From Rickettsiales bacterium (GTDB lineage Bacteria > Pseudomonadota > Alphaproteobacteria > Methylaequorales > Methylaequoraceae), in the NCBI GenBank assembly GCA_002715305.1, contig PAYV01000007.1, forward strand, positions 1-39,266: DNA of 39,266 nucleotides. The letters are read 5' to 3'. A program made the translations under genes and the position numbers. The notes under the pieces were generated by a model. The model saw only the letters and a list, made by a program, of their open reading frames with translations. It searched no databases and had not been told where the DNA came from. Below are positions 1-7,857 of this stretch, piece after piece (positions within the stretch are counted from its first letter, which is position 1; every line of letters starts with the position of its first letter).

Positions 1-855
1 CGATATCCTCTGAAGTGGTCCTAAAAAAGCATTTACTGTTTGATTCTTAATACTTGAACGAATGTATGACTCAGCTACTAAATTAAATTTTTTTGCCATT
101 CTTTTTTGCTGCCTGAAGTTTTGAATAATTGGTAATGCATTAATTATTTCGTTGGCTTTTGACGCTATCATCTCAAGTCCTATTCTCATTCCTTTACTAT
201 AATAAGCTTGATGTTTGTATGCAGTTTTTAAAAGTAATAAAATTATTATTGATATTGAAAATATTATCAAAGTAAACTTTATATCAATCATCAGCATTAA
301 ACTTAAATATATTAAGATAATAATAATTTGAGGAATATAAGAAACCATACTAAAAACGAAACTTGATACAGATCTTGGTAAAGAATTAAGAAGAGTATAT
401 ATTTCACCAGAATCTTTATCTTTGTATTTTTTGAAATCAAGGTTAAGTAATGTAGAGTAAACTCTATTTCTCAAATCAAGCTCAAAATTATGCCTTATTC
501 TTAAATTAAAAAATTCAGTTATATATAAACTAAATTCTCTTATTATTTGTAAACAAATTAGAATTATCAAAATTCCTAAAATTTTTTGATCATTATTCCA
601 AGTATTAAAAAAATTTAATAAATACATTTGAAGTTCGCTCAAATTTTCCGTAGATATATTTTGATTTGAAAAAATTAAAATTATAGGTTGTAATAACGCA
701 ATTGTTAGAAAGTCAGAAAAACCCGAAATTAATGACAAAAAAATTACAATGAAAAAGTGTATCTTTGAAATCTTTGAATAATGTATTAATGAATTCCAAA
801 GTCCAACTTGTTCTTTGAAATCTATGTTAAGAGCATCATATTTTTTTTTTTTCAC
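1..855 (-). CDS. ABC exporter, N-terminal transmembrane domain (MsbA/PglK-like type I exporter). The 3' part of the gene lies beyond the left window edge.
   Basis: Absent from the ORF track because it is truncated by the window edge. My own translation of the minus strand from GTG at 855 is open all the way to position 1 (285 codons): VKKKKYDALNIDFKEQVGLWNSLIHYSKISKIHFFIVIFLSLISGFSDFLTIALLQPII...LDLRNRVYSTLLNLDFKKYKDKDSGEIYTLLNSLPRSVSSFVFSMVSYIPQIIIILIYLSLMLMID...IINALPIIQNFRQQKRMAKKFN. The alternating hydrophobic helices and the f-d-k-GE-l-s-l motif pattern are typical of ABC_membrane domains. The start codon is uncertain: GTG followed directly by an A12 run. Confidence 0.6.
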   Translation of the reverse strand, partial: MKKKKYDALNIDFKEQVGLWNSLIHYSKISKIHFFIVIFLSLISGFSDFLTIALLQPIILIFSNQNISTENLSELQMYLLNFFNTWNNDQKILGILIILICLQIIREFSLYITEFFNLRIRHNFELDLRNRVYSTLLNLDFKKYKDKDSGEIYTLLNSLPRSVSSFVFSMVSYIPQIIIILIYLSLMLMIDIKFTLIIFSISIIILLLLKTAYKHQAYYSKGMRIGLEMIASKANEIINALPIIQNFRQQKRMAKKFNLVAESYIRSSIKNQTVNAFLGPLQRIS

Positions 856-863
856 AATTTTTT

Positions 864-1589
864 TTAAGAAATTATAACTGCATAGTTTTGGTTTCCGTCT
901 CTCTTAATCCATGGTTTTTTTCGATTAATCCCAATTTTTAAAATTTTAAAACCTTCATGTCTTAAAATTTTACAAAAAAACTTTGATCTTAATAGCAATG
1001 TATTATCCCTTGATATGTATTTTTGGTCAGAAACAAGTTCAACATAATTTTTCATTCTCCAATTAAATTTCAGATTACCTACATATAAACATGCAGGCTT
1101 TTGAGGCTTTAAAACTCTTTTAATTTCTCTAATATAATCAATTAAAACATTTAAGGTTGGTAAGTGTTGCATTACTATAAAGCTATAAATAAAATCAATA
1201 CTTTTATCTTCTAAAGGAATATTGTTTCCGGAACCTTTGATAAGTTTTACATTATTTATTTTTTCTCTCTTTAACATTTCTTTTACCGTAGTAAATGATT
1301 TGTGAATATCAATACCAATTACATTATTAAAATAATAACTTGCTGCCCTTAGAAGTCTTCCCCCGCCAAAGCCAATCTCCAGTGCATTGCAGTTATGGGG
1401 ATTGCCAAGATAATCAAGAATTTCATCTTTTAAAATATGATAAGAAAAATCCCACATTCCTTGCTTAAGATTATGATTATAATTTAGTGAATCATCAAAA
1501 TAAGAAAAAAATTCGTCACGGGACTTACCTGTTTTCTTCTTAATTTCTTTTCTCCACTTTGAAAAGTGACTTTTTTCTATATCACTCAT
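864..1589 (-). CDS. class I SAM-dependent methyltransferase
   Basis: 241 aa. Glycine-rich SAM motif I ALEIGFGGGRLL, followed by VIGIDI and IDFIYSFIVMQHL (motifs II/III). 4-nt ATGA overlap with galE upstream. Confidence 0.75.
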   Translation of the reverse strand: MSDIEKSHFSKWRKEIKKKTGKSRDEFFSYFDDSLNYNHNLKQGMWDFSYHILKDEILDYLGNPHNCNALEIGFGGGRLLRAASYYFNNVIGIDIHKSFTTVKEMLKREKINNVKLIKGSGNNIPLEDKSIDFIYSFIVMQHLPTLNVLIDYIREIKRVLKPQKPACLYVGNLKFNWRMKNYVELVSDQKYISRDNTLLLRSKFFCKILRHEGFKILKIGINRKKPWIKRDGNQNYAVIIS

Positions 1590-2593
1590 TCTTTATCTCT
1601 AGAGTTTTTGATTTTCTCTTCCCATAAACATGCAGTTTTAAGAATATTTGCAATATCTGAATATTTGGGATACCAAATTAGTTGTTTTTTTGCTTTTGAT
1701 ATATTTGCAACTAATCTTGCACTATCCCCATTTCTTCGATTTGTGAATTTAATTTTAATTTTTTTATTAAAAATATCTTCTGCTTTTTTAATTACCTCTA
1801 TAACTGAATAACCTCTGCCTGAACCTAGATTAAATACTTCATTTTTTTTATTTTTTAAAAGATATATTGATGCTTTAAGATGAGCATCTACTAAATCATG
1901 AACATGAATGTAATCACGAATACACGTACCATCGTAAGTTTGAAAATTATTCCCAAAAATTGAAATTTCATTCCTCTTTTTTTGGATATATTCAACTATT
2001 ATTTTCACTATATGAGTGGATTTTTTACCTAATTGTCCACATCTTATCTGCATATCAGCTCCTGCAACATTAAAGTACCTTAGAAAAATATAGTTAATTT
2101 TTTCTGAATTAGATAAATCTTCAAGGAGCCACTCAATTGACAATTTTGTTCTACTGTATGGACTGTAAGGATTGTTAAGATCAATCTCTCTAATTGTTTT
2201 ATTTTTTGTATTACCATAGATTGCTGCTGTAGAAGAAATTACAAAATTTTTAATTTTGCATTCAATACAGGTCCTAAAAAAATTAAATGCATTTATCAAA
2301 TTATTTTCGTAATATAACAAAGGCTTTTCATATGACTCGTATTGTATAATATTTCCTGCTAAATGAATGACTAAATCAGGTTTATTTTCATTTATTACTT
2401 TTTTTACAAGATTTTTATTTCCATAATTTCCTTTATAAAACTTAATATTTTTAGGAAGATATTTTTGAGTACCATTTGATAGATCATCAATAATTGAAAC
2501 TTGATGGCCAAGATCATTTAGTAAATGTGACATTTGAGTTCCTATGTATCCAGCTCCTCCAGTTAATAAAAATTTTATTTTTTTATTTATCAT
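1586..2593 (-). CDS. galE: UDP-glucose 4-epimerase family (extended SDR)
   Basis: 335 aa. N-terminal Rossmann motif LLTGGAGYIGTQ, catalytic YxxxK in YSRTKLSIEWLL, and RYFNVAGA, which is typical of GalE. Confidence 0.8.
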   Translation of the reverse strand: MINKKIKFLLTGGAGYIGTQMSHLLNDLGHQVSIIDDLSNGTQKYLPKNIKFYKGNYGNKNLVKKVINENKPDLVIHLAGNIIQYESYEKPLLYYENNLINAFNFFRTCIECKIKNFVISSTAAIYGNTKNKTIREIDLNNPYSPYSRTKLSIEWLLEDLSNSEKINYIFLRYFNVAGADMQIRCGQLGKKSTHIVKIIVEYIQKKRNEISIFGNNFQTYDGTCIRDYIHVHDLVDAHLKASIYLLKNKKNEVFNLGSGRGYSVIEVIKKAEDIFNKKIKIKFTNRRNGDSARLVANISKAKKQLIWYPKYSDIANILKTACLWEEKIKNSRDKE

Positions 2594-3677
2594 TTAAAAT
2601 CTGTTTAAGATTCCTCAAATAAATTTTAAGATTATGATTTTTTTTTATATACTCATAAGCATTTTTTCCAATTCTTCTTCTTTCCCTTGATGATCTTAAT
2701 TTTTCAATCTTTCCTGACAAATCTATGCTATTATTCTCATTAAATAAAAAACCGTTAACATTATCGATTATTATTTGTTTTATTCCTATTACATTGGATG
2801 CAATGACTGGAAGTCGTGATGCCATTGCTTCTAACATTGCTTTGGGATTGCCTTCATAAATTGATGGAAAAATAAATATATCCGAAGTCCTGTAGATATT
2901 TTTTAATTCTATATTTTTTTTTTGTCCCAAAAACTCTACAGGTAAACTATTTTCATTGACATAATTTTCTAATTGCAAACGTAGCTCTCCATCTCCAACT
3001 ATTTTTAATTTTATATTCTTTACATTTTTTATGGATTTTAGCAAAAATTCTAAGTTTTTTTGTTTAGTTAGCCTTCCAGTGAATACTAGTGTCAACTTAT
3101 TATTATTTTTATAGTTTCTCTTGGTATCAAATTTTTCAATATCAACGTAATTTGGTAATAAAAAAATATTTTTTTTTCTTTTTTTACTTATATATCGATA
3201 TTGATGTTCACTAGTTGTAATAATTTTTTCAGCAAATTTAAAAACAAAAAACTCTACAAATTTAAAATATATATAAATTAATGAAAACTTTCCGTATAAT
3301 TTTTTAGTGTGCAAAGATAGTGGAAACCCTGATCTTGCAATCATAGTTGTTTTTGTTAACTTTGATGCAATTAATGCCCATTCAGATCCAAATGTTTGAT
3401 TAGTAAGTAAAATAGAATTTTTATTCTTTCTCATTAATCTAATTAATTCTGGTATAACCCATATTCTAGATCTTATTTTTTTTTTATTCTCTACCAATTT
3501 TATAGGGTTAATTTTTTTAACAAATTTTTCATCTTCCCCTTTAGCCCAACTAAATAAAGAAATTTTATATTTTTCTTTTACAAGACCTTTCAAAAAAGCT
3601 AGTTCTCTGTCAATAGTTCCAAGCTCATTAAATTTTGATAAGGTTGTTCCTTGATCAAGATAAAAAATTATATGCAT
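2583..3677 (-). CDS. glycosyltransferase, GT-B fold (GT4 family)
   Basis: 364 aa. C-terminal GT4 signature FIFPSIYEGNPKAMLEAMASRLPVIASNVIGIKQII (E-x7-E type motif). Confidence 0.75.
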   Translation of the reverse strand: MHIIFYLDQGTTLSKFNELGTIDRELAFLKGLVKEKYKISLFSWAKGEDEKFVKKINPIKLVENKKKIRSRIWVIPELIRLMRKNKNSILLTNQTFGSEWALIASKLTKTTMIARSGFPLSLHTKKLYGKFSLIYIYFKFVEFFVFKFAEKIITTSEHQYRYISKKRKKNIFLLPNYVDIEKFDTKRNYKNNNKLTLVFTGRLTKQKNLEFLLKSIKNVKNIKLKIVGDGELRLQLENYVNENSLPVEFLGQKKNIELKNIYRTSDIFIFPSIYEGNPKAMLEAMASRLPVIASNVIGIKQIIIDNVNGFLFNENNSIDLSGKIEKLRSSRERRRIGKNAYEYIKKNHNLKIYLRNLKQILNDK

Positions 3678-3680
3678 AAA

Positions 3681-4457
3681 TTATTTTTTTTGTGCAACTG
3701 CAATTAGCATGTGAGCGAATAATTTTGATGGAAGTAATTTTGAAATAATTATAACCAGCCTATCAAAAAAGAACGTTGGTAAAAAATCAAGTTTTAAAGA
3801 GGTAAGAAGTCTTTTTGTTCCCTGAATTTTATGAATATAGTTGATTTTTAGAACTTCAAAATTATTGATACTTAATTCATTAAATAACTCGTGTTCTCTC
3901 AATCTCCACTGATAAAAATGAAAATTATCATTAGGGTTGTTTTTTATTTTTCTTTTCTGAAGTCTCATACGAAAGTTATCATAAGGAACACTTATAATTA
4001 GATATCCTTTTTTTCTTAATACTCTGTAGGCTTCTTTTAAAGGTCTGGAAAAACCATCTTCAAAGTGCTCAAAAACACCCCAGGAAAAATATGTATCAAT
4101 TGAAGAATCTTTATAACTAAGATTTGTAATATCATCTTTTTTCCATGAATATTTTGGATAATGTTTTTTTAAACCTGTAATAATTACATTGCTAAAATCT
4201 AATCCATCCGTTATAAAACCTAATTCATTTAAAAGAATTACCCATTCACCATGTCCACATCCACCATCAATTATTCTCGATTTCTTTGGCAGAATTTTAA
4301 TAAAATTTTTAACTATACCGTATTCTTCACTATTTTTAGTTTGATTTACTATGAATTTTATATCATTTTTAAGTTTTTTTTTTTTCCATAAATTTGTCCA
4401 TAGTATTTGTGGATTAACACCATTTTTCTTATTTTTTATTATATAATCTTTAATCAC
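3681..4457 (-). CDS. class I SAM-dependent methyltransferase
   Basis: 258 aa. SAM motif IIDGGCGHGEW, then LDFS and a GYLIISVP-type post-motif. Contains an in-frame A12 run (KKKK, 4374-4385). Confidence 0.7.
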   Translation of the reverse strand: MIKDYIIKNKKNGVNPQILWTNLWKKKKLKNDIKFIVNQTKNSEEYGIVKNFIKILPKKSRIIDGGCGHGEWVILLNELGFITDGLDFSNVIITGLKKHYPKYSWKKDDITNLSYKDSSIDTYFSWGVFEHFEDGFSRPLKEAYRVLRKKGYLIISVPYDNFRMRLQKRKIKNNPNDNFHFYQWRLREHELFNELSINNFEVLKINYIHKIQGTKRLLTSLKLDFLPTFFFDRLVIIISKLLPSKLFAHMLIAVAQKK

Positions 4458-5394
4458 AGTGAAATAATTCTAAATATTGATTTGCTACATTTTGAATATC
4501 AGGAACTATAATCTTATTCTGTAAATCATTATAATTATGCACAACCTTTTTAATTAAGTCTATTATTTCCTCGTTTTTTGAAAAACTATACCCAGCCTGT
4601 CTAACAATTTCAGGATGTCCTCCAGAATTAAAATATACTACTGGTAAACCACAAGCTAGAGCCTCCAAGACAGCATTCGAACAGGGATCATTTTGACTAG
4701 CTGTCAAAAAAATATCGTGGTCACGAAGAATTGAAGCCAAATCTTCAGATTTCTTAGGGCTTATAATTTTAATATTTTTAAATTTTGCATTAATATTCCC
4801 TACAAAGGTAAAATCGTACTTTTTGAAGTTTAGGTTTTTGTCAATCCATTCATAGGTCTCCTGTCCCTTTCTAATATTAGATGACCAGCTTGTAGCAATA
4901 ATTTTGATTTTTGTTTGTTTTGAAATTTCCTTTCTATTTTCTGAATTAAAAATATCAGGGTCTGGTGCATTTTGGATAATTTTTATTTTATTGTCATCAA
5001 ATAAAAATCCTAAATTGATATGTTCATTATAGCTGTAATTACTTTGAAATATTGTATAATCAGCATAGGACCGATTGAAATCAACAATTCTTTTGTCTAG
5101 ATCAATATTCTCTCCTCTGTAAAGAGCAATAGGTCCATCAACCCTATGAACTGTAGAATATTTTTTTTTTTTTAATTTTTTACTGAGCCAATTCATATCA
5201 AAATTAAAAGAATTAAATAATACATATTTAGTATTTATTCCTATTTTGTTTGGTCCTATATCATATCCTGCTTTTTTAACCCATTTTTTTAAGGCTAACA
5301 AGAACTGATTGCCTCCTCCGTAAGGAGGTGGTACGAATTGGTTAATTATACTTATTTTGTATCCAGTAAAATATTTAAGAAGATTTAGTTCCAT
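4450..5394 (-). CDS. glycosyltransferase, GT-B fold (GT1/GT4-like)
   Basis: 314 aa. N-terminal PPPYGGGNQF and C-terminal FLTASQNDPCSNAVLEALACGLPVVYFNSGGHPEIV nucleotide-sugar binding motif. Confidence 0.7.
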   Translation of the reverse strand: MELNLLKYFTGYKISIINQFVPPPYGGGNQFLLALKKWVKKAGYDIGPNKIGINTKYVLFNSFNFDMNWLSKKLKKKKYSTVHRVDGPIALYRGENIDLDKRIVDFNRSYADYTIFQSNYSYNEHINLGFLFDDNKIKIIQNAPDPDIFNSENRKEISKQTKIKIIATSWSSNIRKGQETYEWIDKNLNFKKYDFTFVGNINAKFKNIKIISPKKSEDLASILRDHDIFLTASQNDPCSNAVLEALACGLPVVYFNSGGHPEIVRQAGYSFSKNEEIIDLIKKVVHNYNDLQNKIIVPDIQNVANQYLELFHCD

Positions 5395-6436
5395 ATATTT
5401 TTTTTTTGAAAATTTTTATTAAAACAATAATCATCTCTTTGGGAAATTTGACAAATATTTTGGTTAGAAAAATGATTTCAGAAATTATCTTTCTAGGATT
5501 CATTAAATTGAATTTAAAACTTGAAATAAGAATTCTATTTATAAAAAAGAAATTAAACTCCTTGTCAATTTTGTATTTTGTTAAAATAAATTCATAGAAT
5601 CTAAAGTATATTTTACTTAATTTTAATCTATCTATATTTTTTTTATCAGCAACTTTTCTGGAATCTGAAAAATATTCTTGTATTTTAAAAATTTCACCTG
5701 TTTTTATTTTGAAAAAAATTTTTTCTTTTTTTAACCTGTTTTTTATGATTGATACATTTGAAACTATATTTTTTTTCATATAAGTTTTTGTCATATTAGA
5801 ATCATGAACCCTATACTGTAAAAGTCTTTTTTTGATATTAGCAGCTTTATGGTTCAGTAATATTCTTGACCAAAGATCAAAGTCCTGATTAATATGCTTG
5901 TTACAATAGGCTTTGTGAGGATTCGTAAATATTTTTTTTTTCATTAATATACTCGGATGAATAAAAGGGTTGTGCATCAAACTATATGCCCAGATTGCCG
6001 AGTGTTTCGAAGGTACATCTATTTCCCCAATTTCAATGTCGGATTTATTAATTATTTTAGCTTGAGAGCCCAAGATATCAATTTCTGGATTTTCTTTAAA
6101 ATAGTTAATTTGTTCCTTAAACCTATTTCTAGTTGAAATGTCATCTGAATCCATTCTAGCAATAAAACTACCATTAGATAATTTTATTGCCTTATTAAGA
6201 CTTAAAGTTTGACCTATATTCTTTTTATTAAAAATTAATTTGAGACGATCAAAATTTAAAGATTTTAAAAATTTAGAACTATCATCAGTAGAACAATCAT
6301 CAACAATGATAAGTTCAAAATTTTTGTAAGTTTGTGATATAATACTATCAACTGACTTTTCAAGAAATGGCATACCATTGTAGTTTGTTAATATTACACT
6401 AATCTTAAAATCTGAATTTTTGTCTAAATTAGGCAT
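5375..6436 (-). CDS. glycosyltransferase family 2 (GT-A fold)
   Basis: ISVILTNYNGMPFLEKSVDSIISQTYKNFELIIVDDCSTDDS followed by ARMDSDD (DxD). I prefer the start at the internal ATG at 6436 (MPNLDKN...), which gives an 8-nt overlap with the acpS stop. The track ORF extends to 6463. Confidence 0.8.
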   Translation of the reverse strand: MPNLDKNSDFKISVILTNYNGMPFLEKSVDSIISQTYKNFELIIVDDCSTDDSSKFLKSLNFDRLKLIFNKKNIGQTLSLNKAIKLSNGSFIARMDSDDISTRNRFKEQINYFKENPEIDILGSQAKIINKSDIEIGEIDVPSKHSAIWAYSLMHNPFIHPSILMKKKIFTNPHKAYCNKHINQDFDLWSRILLNHKAANIKKRLLQYRVHDSNMTKTYMKKNIVSNVSIIKNRLKKEKIFFKIKTGEIFKIQEYFSDSRKVADKKNIDRLKLSKIYFRFYEFILTKYKIDKEFNFFFINRILISSFKFNLMNPRKIISEIIFLTKIFVKFPKEMIIVLIKIFKKKIYGTKSS

Positions 6437-6839
6437 TAAAAAAGTATATTGAAACAAAAGCAACAGAATATTCTTTTTCGCTTGATATAGATAAAGTCAC
6501 ACCATGATTTCTGTAATCGCTTTTGACCTCTTTTAGTAAAGTTTTTGATCTTCCTAAAAAATATAGACTTGGTTTTCCTAATTTGTCATTAATTATTTCT
6601 AAATCGGAGAAACGAACTCCATTAGTAAATCCTGTTCCAAGAGCTTTTGCAGCTGCTTCTTTAGCAGCAAATCTATTAGAAAGTTTTTCACTTAATAATT
6701 CATTGTTTTTAGAAAATTTGATAAGGATTTTAAGCTCTTTTTCTGACAGAATTTTTTCCATAAAGCGTTTGCCGAATCTATGTAAGATCTTTCTTATCCT
6801 TTTTCGTTCTACAATATCAGTCCCATTAATTATACGCAT
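6429..6839 (-). CDS. acpS: holo-[acyl-carrier-protein] synthase (4'-phosphopantetheinyl transferase, AcpS type)
   Basis: MRIINGTDIVERKRI...NRFAAKEAAAKALGTGFTNGVRFSDLEIINDKLGKPSL...VTLSISSEKEYSVAFV aligns over the whole length with E. coli AcpS (GTDIVE, RFAxKEAAAKAxGTG, NDxLGKP). The start is taken at ATG 6839, one nt after the upstream stop. The track start at 6869 is probably over-extended. Confidence 0.8.
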   Translation of the reverse strand: MRIINGTDIVERKRIRKILHRFGKRFMEKILSEKELKILIKFSKNNELLSEKLSNRFAAKEAAAKALGTGFTNGVRFSDLEIINDKLGKPSLYFLGRSKTLLKEVKSDYRNHGVTLSISSEKEYSVAFVSIYFFNA

Positions 6840-6840
6840 T

Positions 6841-7671
6841 TTATTCACTAAAATTAATTGTAAACCCATCTTTAATTAACTTCGCAGTTCGTACATCTAA
6901 ATATCCTTTTTTATATCCGTCCATTGTACTTACATCACTCGCTCTAAAGATTTTTCCATGATGATTTCTATTCGCAATCTCAGTCATTGTACCCCCATTT
7001 ATAATTCCAATTTCTTTATAGTATTTCCAATATTCGCAAAAAAAATCTTTCTCTGTAATTAAATCGTTTTTAGACAACTTATTAAAAATTTTTTTTAAAA
7101 CTTCAATTCTATTTAAACCTACAATTTTAGGATGAAGATTACTTTTATAAAGATTATTCGAACTTAAAATTTTATTAAAATACGCTTTTACATTTGTTGG
7201 GTATGATTTTAATCTAATAGCGTCATTTACAAATTTCGAAAAAAACAAATCTTTGTCATATAAAAATTTAAATAATACACTAAATTTTTGACATCTTATT
7301 GATCCAATATCATTGTTATTATCCAAATAATATTCAGCTTCAATTAACTTATCCAAGTCAAAGTGAAAACAATCTGATTCCATGAAATATAAATAACTAT
7401 ATTCTTTCTTAAGGTATTTTTTATAATTGTTCAGTAACCAAATAATTGCACCCCACAGCCCAATGTTTTTTGAAGATTTAAAAACTTTTGGAAATTTCTT
7501 CAAATTAGATTTAGTTTTTTTAAAGGTTGATGCATTATCGAAAACAATAAAATCTTCAAAGAATCTAAACTTTTTTTCAAGTTGAAAGATATTTTTTGAT
7601 ACTTTCTCAAATACATCATCTCTTGATTTATCAAGAGAACAAGTAATTAGAACAAAAAGTATTTTTTTCAT
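6841..7671 (-). CDS. hypothetical protein, possibly a divergent GT-A-fold glycosyltransferase
   Basis: 276 aa with no recognisable family. Weak GT-A-like succession: ILFVLITC (beta1), IVFDNAST (DNxST-like), SSKNIGLWGAI, YFMESDC (acidic DxD-like). It is the first gene after the largest intergenic gap in the operon. Confidence 0.4.
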   Translation of the reverse strand: MKKILFVLITCSLDKSRDDVFEKVSKNIFQLEKKFRFFEDFIVFDNASTFKKTKSNLKKFPKVFKSSKNIGLWGAIIWLLNNYKKYLKKEYSYLYFMESDCFHFDLDKLIEAEYYLDNNNDIGSIRCQKFSVLFKFLYDKDLFFSKFVNDAIRLKSYPTNVKAYFNKILSSNNLYKSNLHPKIVGLNRIEVLKKIFNKLSKNDLITEKDFFCEYWKYYKEIGIINGGTMTEIANRNHHGKIFRASDVSTMDGYKKGYLDVRTAKLIKDGFTINFSE

Positions 7672-7730
7672 TTTGCTAAATTCATTTATAGTAATTTATT
7701 TAAAATTTAATTTTTGCTTGTAAAATTTTA

Positions 7731-7743
7731 ATAGCTACCGCAG
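7731..7743 (-). promoter_or_regulatory. ops-like element copy 2 (TGCGGTAGCTATT on the coding strand)
   Basis: Plus strand reads AATAGCTACCGCA, identical to the 13-mer at 23621-23633. The core GCGGTAGC equals positions 2-9 of E. coli ops, GGCGGTAGCGTG. It lies 59 nt upstream of ATG 7671, in the 186-nt gap after wzx. Confidence 0.5.
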
Positions 7744-7805
7744 TCTCTTTAATAAGCGACAAAAAAAGTTGATCCAAAAGTCAGAATACAGTTAAATTAT
7801 TAATT

Positions 7806-7833
7806 ATTATATACAAAAAGAAATATTATTCAA
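7806..7833 (-). promoter_or_regulatory. candidate sigma70-type internal promoter (TTGAAT-16 nt-TATAAT)
   Basis: On the minus strand, TTGAAT (7833-7828), a 16-nt spacer, then TATAAT (7811-7806), about 60 nt upstream of the ops-like motif. AT-rich hexamers arise easily by chance in this genome. Confidence 0.25.
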
Positions 7834-7857
7834 CACTTGAAATTCAAATAGAGAACT

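Noticed and set aside
6523-6879. 118-aa plus-strand ORF antisense to acpS
   Set aside because: It lies entirely within the well-supported acpS gene on the opposite strand. Its low-complexity Leu/Ser/Phe-rich translation is typical of antisense frames in AT-rich DNA, and it has no motif.
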